This document shows positions 55,150-63,284 of a DNA stretch of 64,000 nt, in pieces. The notes below the pieces were generated by a model, which saw nothing but the letters and a program-made list of their open reading frames with translations, did no database searches and had not been told where the DNA came from. The stretch is from Bacteroidales bacterium (GTDB lineage: Bacteria; Bacteroidota; Bacteroidia; Bacteroidales; UBA3824), in assembly GCA_017544805.1 (NCBI GenBank), contig JAFYDK010000122.1, positions 1,764 through 65,763 of the forward strand, written 5' to 3'. A program made the position numbers and the translations under genes. Each line of letters opens with the position of its first letter. Positions within the stretch are counted from its first letter, which is position 1.

Positions 55150-56406
55150 ATGAAAAAATTTTTATTATATTCGTTAGTTGCATTGTTTGCTTCATGCAGC
55201 GGCGGACAAGTTGAAAACAAGGAAGTTACAATTCCTCAAAGTAACATTTACGAGGTAAATATTCGTCAATACACTCAGGAAGGCACATTGAAGGCCTTTG
55301 AAGAACAACATTTGGAGCGACTAAAACAGCAAAATGTTGATATTCTATGGCTTATGCCTGTTTTCCCGATTAGTGAAGAAGGCAGAAAAGGCACTTTGGG
55401 CAGTTATTATGCCGTAAAAAATTACACCGAAATTAATCCTGAGTTTGGCACGTTGGAAGATTTAAAAAGTCTTGTCAATCACGCACACAACCTCAAAATG
55501 AAAGTCATTCTCGACTGGGTTGCCAATCACACGGGCAGGGACAACGTTTGGACAAAAGAGCATAAAGATTTTTACAATCTCGATTCGCTCGGCAATCCGG
55601 CTGTTCCCGAAGGCACAGATTGGAATGATGTTGCCGACCTTAATTACGACAATCCTCAAATGCGTAAGGCGATGATTGACGCCATGAAATTTTGGCTCAA
55701 AAATGCTGACATAGATGGTTTTAGGTGCGATGTTGCAGGCATGGTTCCGACAGATTTTTGGGTAGAATGTCGCAAAGAATTAGAAACTATTAAAAAGCCG
55801 ATTTTTATGCTCGCCGAGGACGACAATCCCGAAATTCACAAGGCTTTTGACGCTTCTTACAATTGGAAATGTCATCATATCCTCAACGGCATTGCGCAAG
55901 GCAAAAATACAGCGCAAGACCTTGTGGCTCTGTATGATACGTTGCAGCAAAAATTCCCCAAAAATGCAATCCTGATGAATTTTACGTCCAATCACGACGA
56001 AAATTCTTGGAGCAAATCCGAATACGACCGTATGGGCGATTACGTAAAGCAAATGGCTGCATTGACATATTTTTTGCCCGGAATGCCGCTTTGTTATTCA
56101 GGTCAAGAGGCTGCTAACAAAAAAGCGTTGGAATTTTTTGAAAAGGACGTTATTGATTTTTCTAATTTGCCGTTGAAAGATTTTTATGCCGAACTCAACA
56201 ATATAAAACATTCACATTCAGCATTATGGAACAACGATGTTAAGTTTTTGAGTAGCAACGACAATGTTTTGGTCTTTGAACGTAAAAGCAACGACGAGAA
56301 AATAATTTGTGTTTTTAATTTCAACGCTGACGAAAAAGAAGTGGCGTTAGACGGCGGAAAAACGATTAAAGTAGAAGGCAAAGGTTACAAAACTTTGTTT
56401 GAATAA
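55150..56406 (+). CDS. GH13 alpha-amylase lipoprotein
   Basis: Lipobox LFASCSGG. GH13 regions ...VILDWVANHTG..., ...IDGFRCDVAGMV..., ...MLAEDD... and ...FTSNHDENS.... The ATG at 55150 is preferred over the ORF-track start at 55057. Confidence 0.9.
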   Translation: MKKFLLYSLVALFASCSGGQVENKEVTIPQSNIYEVNIRQYTQEGTLKAFEEQHLERLKQQNVDILWLMPVFPISEEGRKGTLGSYYAVKNYTEINPEFGTLEDLKSLVNHAHNLKMKVILDWVANHTGRDNVWTKEHKDFYNLDSLGNPAVPEGTDWNDVADLNYDNPQMRKAMIDAMKFWLKNADIDGFRCDVAGMVPTDFWVECRKELETIKKPIFMLAEDDNPEIHKAFDASYNWKCHHILNGIAQGKNTAQDLVALYDTLQQKFPKNAILMNFTSNHDENSWSKSEYDRMGDYVKQMAALTYFLPGMPLCYSGQEAANKKALEFFEKDVIDFSNLPLKDFYAELNNIKHSHSALWNNDVKFLSSNDNVLVFERKSNDEKIICVFNFNADEKEVALDGGKTIKVEGKGYKTLFE

Positions 56407-56438
56407 ATATTAAAAAAAATAGATATTTTTGATATGAA

Positions 56439-56467
56439 CCTCGATAGTTGTACAAAAACTATCGGGG
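56439..56467. terminator. Hairpin between convergent genes (weak terminator candidate, no clear T-run)
   Basis: Arms cctcgatagtt / aactatcgggg match at 10 of 11 positions, with a 7-nt loop. Confidence 0.35.
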
Positions 56468-56513
56468 GCATATCAATAATAACATTTCGATAGTCGTTTT
56501 TATAAAATTAGTG

Positions 56514-57554
56514 TTAATTATTAAAAATCAACCTGCGAAGTTCAGGGATTTGCTCGGTTGGGACTTTTAACGCTTCGACTGCTTTGTCGAAATCAAAGCC
56601 GCTCGAGATGAGATTTTTGATACTTTCAACGAGTTGTTCGGTGCGTCCTTGTTCGATGCCTTCTGCACGTCCTTGCTCAATACCTTCTGCACGACCTTGT
56701 TCAATACCTTCGGCACGTCCCTCTGCTCGACCTTTTGTCTCACCCTCTATGAAACCGATTTCTTTGCCTTCTCTTAATTTTGTTGCCAACTGTCCGTAAT
56801 AACTTATATAGTTGTGAAAACTTGAATCGTACTGCCATTGCTGTTCCCTTGTCATGTCGGAATACGATGCAAGTTTTTCCAACCGCATAAAAAGCGGACT
56901 ATCTTCTTTAAAGGCTAATTGTGTTTTCATTTTCGCCATATTTGATAAGTTATATATCCATTTGTCAATGACAGTTTTGCAGTCAGATTCTTTCATCTTC
57001 CTGTAAAGCGGCATTTGTATTTTCCAATATTGAAGCGTGTCAGAATCTTTGTAATGTTCTTTCGTTTCCATAAATTGGAAATGTGATAGTTTTTGCGGGT
57101 GTTCTTTATCAATAAAATTCATAAAGAAAACTCCGTAAATGTTTTTCATATTGTATTTCCACGGCTCTTTTTGAACTTCACCGTTTTCATCTACAAACTT
57201 TAAATATCCTTTACCTTGCTGCCGCGATGCCGCACGTGCAAGGTAAAGAACTATTCTGTCTGAGAAAAAGTCTTGCGAATCGTTTTGCATCTCTATGATA
57301 AACTCTTCGCCGGTATCAGTAACGCAATTTACATCGTAAACAACTCGTCGAATGTCTTTGTTTGCTTCATCGGCTTCGGCATCGGTGATTGTAACGCTTG
57401 CAATATGAACATCAGGGTTGTCTTTCTGTAACAAGTCGTTAAGAAAACCGCGTGTTATTTCTTCGTCCTTAAAAATCCGTTTAAAACCGAAATCTGTCGT
57501 CGGGTCGATATATTTCGGCGGCCAAATTATCGGTTCGTTAATCATTATATCCAT
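56514..57554 (-). CDS. Rpn-family recombination-promoting nuclease / PD-(D/E)XK putative transposase (second, inverted paralog)
   Basis: ...YIDPTTDFGFKRIFKDEE... N-terminus and a ...DVNCV...FIIEMQ... nuclease core. The C-terminal tail carries GRAEGIEQ repeats. Confidence 0.8.
   Translation of the reverse strand: MDIMINEPIIWPPKYIDPTTDFGFKRIFKDEEITRGFLNDLLQKDNPDVHIASVTITDAEADEANKDIRRVVYDVNCVTDTGEEFIIEMQNDSQDFFSDRIVLYLARAASRQQGKGYLKFVDENGEVQKEPWKYNMKNIYGVFFMNFIDKEHPQKLSHFQFMETKEHYKDSDTLQYWKIQMPLYRKMKESDCKTVIDKWIYNLSNMAKMKTQLAFKEDSPLFMRLEKLASYSDMTREQQWQYDSSFHNYISYYGQLATKLREGKEIGFIEGETKGRAEGRAEGIEQGRAEGIEQGRAEGIEQGRTEQLVESIKNLISSGFDFDKAVEALKVPTEQIPELRRLIFNN
56645..56731. repeat. Imperfect 24-bp tandem repeat (3 full units plus 1 partial) inside the Rpn-like gene
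   Basis: Units gtccttgttcgatgccttctgcac / gtccttgctcaataccttctgcac / gaccttgttcaataccttcggcac / gtccctctgctcgac encode (GRAEGIEQ)x3 on the minus strand. Confidence 0.8.
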
Positions 57555-57720
57555 AAGAATCTGATTTAATGCAAAGATGAAAAGTTTTTATGAAAAAACA
57601 AAATCTTTTTTTGCATAAATAAATTTGCAAATTGGTAAAAAGATTTTGCGTAATGATTAAAAAAAATACGAACATACAAAGTAAAGACTAAAAAAAATTC
57701 TGTATTTTCAATTTTTTTTC

Positions 57721-57728
57721 TATTTTTG
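57721..57728 (+). promoter_or_regulatory. -7 promoter box (TAnnTTTG) in front of the rod-like RNA candidate
   Basis: tatttttg lies about 40 nt upstream of the first long helix. Confidence 0.45.
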
Positions 57729-57734
57729 CACTGA

Positions 57735-57976
57735 AAATATTGGGCGTTTATTTACGCTATTAGTTTTTGACGCACTGAAACTTCGCAACTTTCACTGAAA
57801 TAGTCAGAAACGATAGCAGCGATAAACGCCGTGGGTAGATAATGCAGGTACGCATCTTTTGTGTGCCTTTATTATACTTACGGCGTGAGGATTCGTTGCT
57901 TGTTTCTACTATTTCAGGTAATGCGAAGACCTCAGTGCGTGGAACGAGCAGAATATGGATTCCACGCTTATTTTTT
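57735..57976 (+). ncRNA. Candidate structured RNA: extended rod-like hairpin of about 60 bp plus an intrinsic terminator (6S-like rod or long cis-regulatory leader; identity unknown)
   Basis: Eight consecutive helices pair 57770-57854 with 57860-57940. All three non-Watson-Crick pairs are G-U only in the plus sense. The terminator gcgtggaa/ttccacgc plus a T-run lies at 57937-57976. The 5' end is approximate. Confidence 0.5.
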
Positions 57977-58051
57977 GTCAAGTCTGAAATTGGAATCTAA
58001 TCGGACGAAAAAAACTTTCTTTTTTTTGATATGTGCATACATGTGGGGCAA

Positions 58052-58258
58052 ATGATACAACAACGTTTGAAACAACAGGGGCAAAGCGTTACTTGGTTTG
58101 CAAAACAATTATGTTGTAACCGCACAAATATTTATAATATTTTCAAAAAAGAAAACGTTGATACAGAATTACTTAAACATATTTGTATCATTCTTAATTA
58201 CAATTTTTTTCAAGACATGGCTGACGATATAAACGGAAATATGTCTACAAATTCGTAA
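58052..58258 (+). CDS. Small XRE-family helix-turn-helix protein
   Basis: MIQQRLKQQGQSVTWFAKQLCCNRTNIYNIFKKENVDTELL is a typical HTH_3-like layout (68 aa from the ATG at 58052). Confidence 0.65.
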   Translation: MIQQRLKQQGQSVTWFAKQLCCNRTNIYNIFKKENVDTELLKHICIILNYNFFQDMADDINGNMSTNS

Positions 58259-58359
58259 CATTTTTGTCGAGATATTGGAAACGGCGTTTTCTTGTATAAG
58301 GATTATTTTGTGTATAATTTTGTTGCATATTTAATCAACAAAATAATCATATAAAAAAC

Positions 58360-59010
58360 ATGAAAAAAGTAAAATTTTTATTTGCCACGTTACTCATGAT
58401 AACGATGGTTGGTTTTTCCGCTTGTAATAAAGATGACGAAGAAAGCGACGTAAGAGAACAAGCTGTAGGAAATTACTCCTACACTACAACGTTGTATGTA
58501 GAAGAAGATGGTAAATTGGTGTCATTTGCCTCAGCACTTTCTGAAATTACAGAGGCTCTTGGTACCAAAATCAACGAAAGTGATTTGCAAGATAAAGGCA
58601 CTGCAACAGTTTCTCTAAGCGATAACAATCAAATCGTTGTAAAACAAGATGGTTCAGACGGCGAGCAATAGTTCTTGAACAACATTAGAGAGGCTTCTAA
58701 TGGTTTTATATTTGATGTTGCTAAAACTACTGCTACTGAGGTAACCTTTACAAATTATGATGGTTATTATCTTGAAGGCGAAACAAAAATGTATGGTGGT
58801 GGCTATATCGCAGCTTCTAAGAAATTAGAATTCTACGTTTATACTACCATGGAAGAAGTTTTGGATGCTGCTCTCGATGAAGCAGATCTCAGCGATGAAG
58901 AAGTAGAAGGTTTAGTTCAACTTCTTGTTGCAGCTGGGTACACCGAAGAGGATGCCGAAGAAGACGCAAAACAAAAAGTTGTTTTTGAATATACTCTTAC
59001 AAAAAAATAA
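58360..59010 (+). pseudogene. Lipoprotein gene interrupted by a single in-frame TAG (58669-58671)
   Basis: ORFs 58360-58671 (lipobox GFSACNKDD) and 58675-59010 are in the same frame, separated only by TAG and one codon. The second ORF has no ATG (TTG in the ORF track) and no promoter or terminator between it and the first. Confidence 0.6.
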
Positions 59011-59050
59011 CATTACAAAAAATAATTCCGACAAATTATTTTATTGTGTA

Positions 59051-59087
59051 CGGTTTTGATTTCAAGAATCAAAACCGTTTTTTTTTA
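59051..59087 (+). terminator. Canonical Rho-independent terminator
   Basis: Perfect 11-bp stem cggttttgatt / aatcaaaaccg, a 5-nt loop and a T-run of about 10. Confidence 0.8.
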
Positions 59088-59099
59088 TTTTTAGGTAAT

Positions 59100-59113
59100 T
59101 GCAATCGTTTGCG
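59100..59113. promoter_or_regulatory. LacI-type operator candidate TGCAATCGTTTGCG (copy D)
   Basis: Lies 91 nt upstream of the GH13 ATG at 59204. It is the exact reverse complement of copy B. Confidence 0.55.
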
Positions 59114-59203
59114 CATTTTCCCATTTTATTTCTTAACAAAATATTATGCTTTTAGTCCGAAAAAAAATAAATTTGCAACTATAAACATAATATTAAGTAA
59201 GAC

Positions 59204-61063
59204 ATGCAAAATAAATTTTTGACGGCGTTGTTGGCTGCTACTGCCCTCAATGTCAGCGCACAAAACCTAAAAGTTCAGCCCGAATTTTGGTATTCGGGAT
59301 TCAAAAATCCTGAGGTTCAGGTGTTGATTTACGGCGAAAATATCAGCCGTTCAAAAGCCACAATCACAGCCAAAGAAGCAAAACTGCTTAGCGAACAAAG
59401 AGTTCAAAACAAAAATTATCTGTTTTTGAATCTCAAAGCCGGCGGTGCTGAAACGTTTGAAATCATCTTGCAGGATTCAACTTCCAAAAAGAAAAAGCCG
59501 CAAAAAATCGCTTACGAAATCAAAGAACGCACCAATCGCACTTACGGTTTTTCTGACAAGGATTTTATGTGCCTTATCATGCCCGACCGCTTTGCCAACG
59601 GCGACCCCAACAACGACAACATGCCCGGAATGTTGGAAAAAGCAAACAATTCCGATCCTAACGGCAGACACGGCGGCGACCTCAAAGGCATCGAAGACCA
59701 CATCGACTACCTTAAAAAAATCGGCTTGACGGCTATCTGGCTAAATCCCGTTTTGGAAAACAACATGCCCGTTTGCTCTTATCACGGTTATGCTGTTACA
59801 GATTTTTATAAAGTAGACGCACGTTTCGGCACAAACGAAGATTACAGACGTTTAGCCGAAAAACTCCGTCAAAACGGCATAAAACTCGTTATGGACATGA
59901 TTTTCAACCACTGCGGAAGCAACAACTTTTTGTATACTGACGTACCGGATTCCACATGGTTTCATTTCTGGAAAGAGGGTTACACGCCTTCAAATTACAG
60001 AGGAACGGCTTGTTTTGACCCGCACGTTTCAAAAAGCGACTACAAGAAGATGGACGAAGGTTGGTTCGACAAGACAATGCCCGACATCAATCAAAAAAAC
60101 GATATGTTTATGACCTACTTGATTCAAAATTCGATGTGGTGGGCAGAATATCTTGGCTTGTCGGGAATCCGTATGGACACTTATCCTTACAACGACAAAT
60201 ACGCCATGAATCGTTGGTGTAAACGTATGCACGAAGAGTTTGAAGATTTTTCGCTGCTTGGAGAATGTTGGCTCAACGACAATCCGTTCACGACTTATTA
60301 TGCAAAAGGCGTTAAAAATCTTGACGGCTTTGTCTCTGACCTTGACCACGTTACGGATTTCCCGTTGTATTTTGCACTCAACAAAGGTTTCAACGAGGAA
60401 AACGGTTGGGATACCGGCATAGCGAGAGTTTATCAGAATTTTGTGTCTGACTTTTTGCAGCCGTACCCTGAGAAGAATTTGGTATTTTTCTCAAATCACG
60501 ACGTTGACCGCCCCGCAACGGTTGTAAAAGGCGATGTCGATAAGTTGAAAATGATTTACTCTATCGTCTTGACAACTCGTGGTATTCCGTGTTTCTATTA
60601 CGGCGACGAAATTTTGTACGAAAGTCCCGAATCGGGCGACGGTTTCAAACGTCAGAACATGGCGGGCGGTTGGCAGGGCGACAAGAAAAACGCTTTCACC
60701 GGCGAAAATCTTTCCCCGAAAGAAAAAGACATGCAGGATTTTGTTTCAACACTTGCCAATTTCAGAAAAAAATCATCGGCATTTTCTGGTAAATTGATAC
60801 ATTTTGTTCCTGAAAACGGTGTTTACGTTTATTTTAGAATTAACGGCAACGACAAAGTAATGGTTGTTATCAACACCTCCGACAAGGAGCAAACACTTGA
60901 TTTAAAGCGTTTTGAAGAGTGCATGGACGGTGTTAAATCTATGGAAGATGTTTTAAGCGACATCGTGTGTACCAAAATGTCTAAAACTCTTACAATCAAG
61001 GGTAAAACTCCGCAAGTTTGGAAATTGAATAATTACGAAATAAAGGCAGAAATGTCAGAATAA
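59204..61063 (+). CDS. Periplasmic GH13 neopullulanase/cyclomaltodextrinase-like enzyme (SusA-like)
   Basis: Signal peptide. ...DRFANGDPNNDN...GGDLKGIEDHIDYLKKIGLTAIWLNP..., ...VMDMIFNHCG..., ...GIRMDTYPY..., ...LLGECW... and ...FFSNHDVDR. Confidence 0.9.
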   Translation: MQNKFLTALLAATALNVSAQNLKVQPEFWYSGFKNPEVQVLIYGENISRSKATITAKEAKLLSEQRVQNKNYLFLNLKAGGAETFEIILQDSTSKKKKPQKIAYEIKERTNRTYGFSDKDFMCLIMPDRFANGDPNNDNMPGMLEKANNSDPNGRHGGDLKGIEDHIDYLKKIGLTAIWLNPVLENNMPVCSYHGYAVTDFYKVDARFGTNEDYRRLAEKLRQNGIKLVMDMIFNHCGSNNFLYTDVPDSTWFHFWKEGYTPSNYRGTACFDPHVSKSDYKKMDEGWFDKTMPDINQKNDMFMTYLIQNSMWWAEYLGLSGIRMDTYPYNDKYAMNRWCKRMHEEFEDFSLLGECWLNDNPFTTYYAKGVKNLDGFVSDLDHVTDFPLYFALNKGFNEENGWDTGIARVYQNFVSDFLQPYPEKNLVFFSNHDVDRPATVVKGDVDKLKMIYSIVLTTRGIPCFYYGDEILYESPESGDGFKRQNMAGGWQGDKKNAFTGENLSPKEKDMQDFVSTLANFRKKSSAFSGKLIHFVPENGVYVYFRINGNDKVMVVINTSDKEQTLDLKRFEECMDGVKSMEDVLSDIVCTKMSKTLTIKGKTPQVWKLNNYEIKAEMSE

Positions 61064-61085
61064 AAACAAAAAACACAATTTGTAG

Positions 61086-61117
61086 AGCCGCAAAAAAAAA
61101 TTGCGGCTTTTTTTTTA
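61086..61117. terminator. Rho-independent terminator between convergent genes
   Basis: Stem agccgcaa / ttgcggct with an A-rich loop, followed by a T-run. Confidence 0.75.
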
Positions 61118-61166
61118 TTCCTCCGACAATTGCTGACTCATGGTTGAATGAAAAAATGACAATCTT

Positions 61167-61523
61167 TTATTTCTTTTTTAGCCAAACGGTTATTTCTCCT
61201 TTTTCGGAATCTTCTTTGATGTTTGGATAAACAAAATAAGTTTCTGGTTTTAGTTCGTAGCCAGAAGCGCGGTTGATAAATTTTTCAGACCAAAAAGCTT
61301 TGACTGGTTTTTTTTCGTTTTTTCCTTTCATAATCCAAAAACCGTCGCAATCGCATGATAAACTGTCAATTACCATGGTGCGTGAAATTTTTACGCCTTT
61401 ACATTCCAAGACCGCATTAGTATCGGTTTGTCTGTACTGAAAACCTTTGAGTTCAATGCGTTGCGCTGAAACTTCTGAAACGAAAAAACAAAATGTCAAT
61501 ATAAAAAACAATGTTTTTTTCAT
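61167..61523 (-). CDS. Hypothetical secreted protein
   Basis: Signal peptide MKKTLFFILTFCFFVSEVSAQ. No recognised domain. Confidence 0.55.
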   Translation of the reverse strand: MKKTLFFILTFCFFVSEVSAQRIELKGFQYRQTDTNAVLECKGVKISRTMVIDSLSCDCDGFWIMKGKNEKKPVKAFWSEKFINRASGYELKPETYFVYPNIKEDSEKGEITVWLKKK

Positions 61524-61526
61524 TGA

Positions 61527-62279
61527 TTATTCCATTCTAAAACTTTTCTTTACGAAATCCAAATATTTCTTTGAAAACAAATTGTTGTTTTCTTCAGGGT
61601 AACGGATATTCGTGAAAACTTGCGCTAAATTTTCAAGATTGTTTTCTTGAACGAAATTTTTCATTTTGTCTAATTTTTCCAACTCCGAATAGTATTTTTC
61701 GATGTCAGAATCGCTGTAATCATGATAACGCTCAAAATGTACAACAGCTTGATATGGAAGTCGTTCCGTTAATTCGTCAGTTGGTTTTGCGGGATAACCG
61801 GCCACCATTGTTACAACCGGTACTACACCTTTTGGAAGCGTTAAAACCTTGGCAATCTCTTCGGCATTGTACATTGTCGTGCCCAAAAAGCAGATGCCTA
61901 AACCGGCATTTTCCGCAGCTAAAGCCGCATTTTCAGCAGCCAAAATCGTATCGGTTACAGCCGTTGAAAACCACAAAAAATTATCGTAAGATGGTTTTGC
62001 ATTGCGCAGTTTGCACCATTTGTTGAAGCGGTTGATGTCAGCGCAAAACGTAAAAACCAAAGGTGCCCGTTTTACCATTTCTTGGTTGAAATGCAGCGGC
62101 AAAAGGTCTTCTTTGACTTTCGGTTGTGTTGATAATATGATGCTGTACAATTGCATATTACCGGTATTTGATGCCCTGATTGCGGCGTTGAAAATCTTCA
62201 TTATAATGGAATCGTCCACAATTCTTGGCAAAAAACTCCTTATGCTTTTGTGATTTAATAATATACCTTTTTTGTCCAT
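61527..62279 (-). CDS. Nitroreductase-family NAD(P)H oxidoreductase (NfsA-like)
   Basis: ...LLNHKSIRSF...AAIRASNTGNMQ... N-terminus and ...ENAGLGICFLG... are typical of the nitroreductase fold. Confidence 0.8.
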   Translation of the reverse strand: MDKKGILLNHKSIRSFLPRIVDDSIIMKIFNAAIRASNTGNMQLYSIILSTQPKVKEDLLPLHFNQEMVKRAPLVFTFCADINRFNKWCKLRNAKPSYDNFLWFSTAVTDTILAAENAALAAENAGLGICFLGTTMYNAEEIAKVLTLPKGVVPVVTMVAGYPAKPTDELTERLPYQAVVHFERYHDYSDSDIEKYYSELEKLDKMKNFVQENNLENLAQVFTNIRYPEENNNLFSKKYLDFVKKSFRME

Positions 62280-62294
62280 TGTGTTTGCCTTTTT

Positions 62295-62705
62295 TTATGA
62301 GTATACCGTTACTATAATTTGTCTTGAACCGCCCGAATTTCTGAACTCGCAAAGATAAATACCCTGCCATGTTCCTAAAGCGAGTTTTCCGCCTGAAATC
62401 GGAATTGTTATGGAGCAGCCGAACATCGAACTTTTGAAATGCGCCGGCATATCGTCGTCGCCTTCCATGTCATGAACATAATTTGATGCACCGTCAGGAA
62501 TCAGTCTGTCGGATATTGTTTCCATATCTAAACGCACTGACGGGTCGTAATTCTCGTTTATGGAAAGTCCTGCCGAGGTATGTTTGATGAAAACATTCAC
62601 CAAACCTTTTTCGGGAAGTTTTCCTAATTCCTTTGTTATTAAAGGTGTAATAAGATGAAAACCTCTTTTTACAGCAGGGACTGTTATGTATTTTTGTTCA
62701 ATCAT
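62295..62705 (-). CDS. yjbQ: YjbQ/UPF0047 family protein (secondary thiamine-phosphate synthase type)
   Basis: ...FIKHTSAGLSINENYDPSV...DDMPAHFKSSMFGCSITIPISGGKLALGTWQGIYLCEF.... Confidence 0.85.
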   Translation of the reverse strand: MIEQKYITVPAVKRGFHLITPLITKELGKLPEKGLVNVFIKHTSAGLSINENYDPSVRLDMETISDRLIPDGASNYVHDMEGDDDMPAHFKSSMFGCSITIPISGGKLALGTWQGIYLCEFRNSGGSRQIIVTVYS

Positions 62706-63178
62706 TTTTTTGCACCTTTTTTAATCGGGACTTTGTAAGAATTTTTTACAACGCCCATAATAAAGCAACTATTAAGACTGCCGATACAATCCAATTCGCC
62801 GAGTATTCTCAAAACGAATTGTTGATATTCTTTCAGGCTTGAAACATAAACTTTCATTTGAAAGTCATAATCGCCCGTAACATTGTAACATTCGCCGACT
62901 TCGTCCATATTTTGAACCGCTTCCATAATTTTCGTTGCGTTTTCGAGCGAATGTTGTTTCATTTTGATATTGCAAAGTGCCATAAAAGCACAATCCAATT
63001 TATCAACGTCCAAAACAGCAACGTATTTTTTTATGTAGCCTTCGTCTTCGAGTTTTTTTACTCTCTCAAAAACGGGAGTGGGCGATAAATGCACTTTTAA
63101 GGCTAACTGTTTGTTTGTCAGTGAGCCATCTTCTTGAAGTGCTGCCAAGATTCTGTAATCAGTTTCGTCTAAAATCAT
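62702..63178 (-). CDS. Lrp/AsnC-family transcriptional regulator
   Basis: MILDETDYRILAALQEDGSLTNKQLALKVHLSPTPVFERVKKLEDEGYIKKY is a wHTH region. It is followed by a RAM/AsnC_trans_reg C-terminal domain. Confidence 0.9.
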   Translation of the reverse strand: MILDETDYRILAALQEDGSLTNKQLALKVHLSPTPVFERVKKLEDEGYIKKYVAVLDVDKLDCAFMALCNIKMKQHSLENATKIMEAVQNMDEVGECYNVTGDYDFQMKVYVSSLKEYQQFVLRILGELDCIGSLNSCFIMGVVKNSYKVPIKKGAKK

Positions 63179-63260
63179 GTTATATTCATTAACCTATATC
63201 AAATCAAGACAAAAATAGATATTTTTTTCTGTAAAAAAAAGAAATGACGGAAAAATATTT

Positions 63261-63268
63261 TACTTTTG
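63261..63268 (+). promoter_or_regulatory. -7 promoter box (TAnnTTTG)
   Basis: tacttttg lies 17 nt upstream of the ATG at 63285. Confidence 0.4.
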
Positions 63269-63284
63269 TAAAAAATTTTTTGTG

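Noticed and set aside
57735-57976. Retron msr/msd, tmRNA, RNase P RNA, SRP RNA or canonical 6S RNA identity for the rod-like RNA
   Set aside because: No reverse transcriptase gene is adjacent, which argues against a retron. There is no tag-peptide reading frame, no CCA-type acceptor end, and none of the conserved GGAAAGUCC (RNase P) or SRP domain IV-like sequences. My hand fold has no large central bubble of the kind expected for 6S RNA. The identity is left open.
57760-57981. 73-aa minus-strand ORF in the ORF track
   Set aside because: It lies entirely within the long palindromic RNA-like structure, so any long hairpin can create open frames on both strands. It has no signal peptide, no recognisable motif and no promoter box. 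The plus-strand promoter, G-U pattern and terminator explain the region better.
58669-58671. TAG reassignment (alternative genetic code) as the explanation for the in-frame stop
   Set aside because: Well-conserved full-length genes in the same window end in TAG at the expected C-termini (for example 5557-5559 and 31915-31917). No other conserved gene shows internal TAG codons.
59445-59729. Alternative-frame ORFs (plus and minus strand) inside the SusA-like GH13 gene
   Set aside because: They are shadow frames of a locally GC-richer stretch of a clearly recognisable GH13 gene.
61900-61950. Short 21-bp duplication (AAENAALAAENAGLG) inside the nitroreductase gene
   Set aside because: It is a two-unit in-frame duplication in a loop-like region. 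It is too small to interpret, and the gene is otherwise intact.
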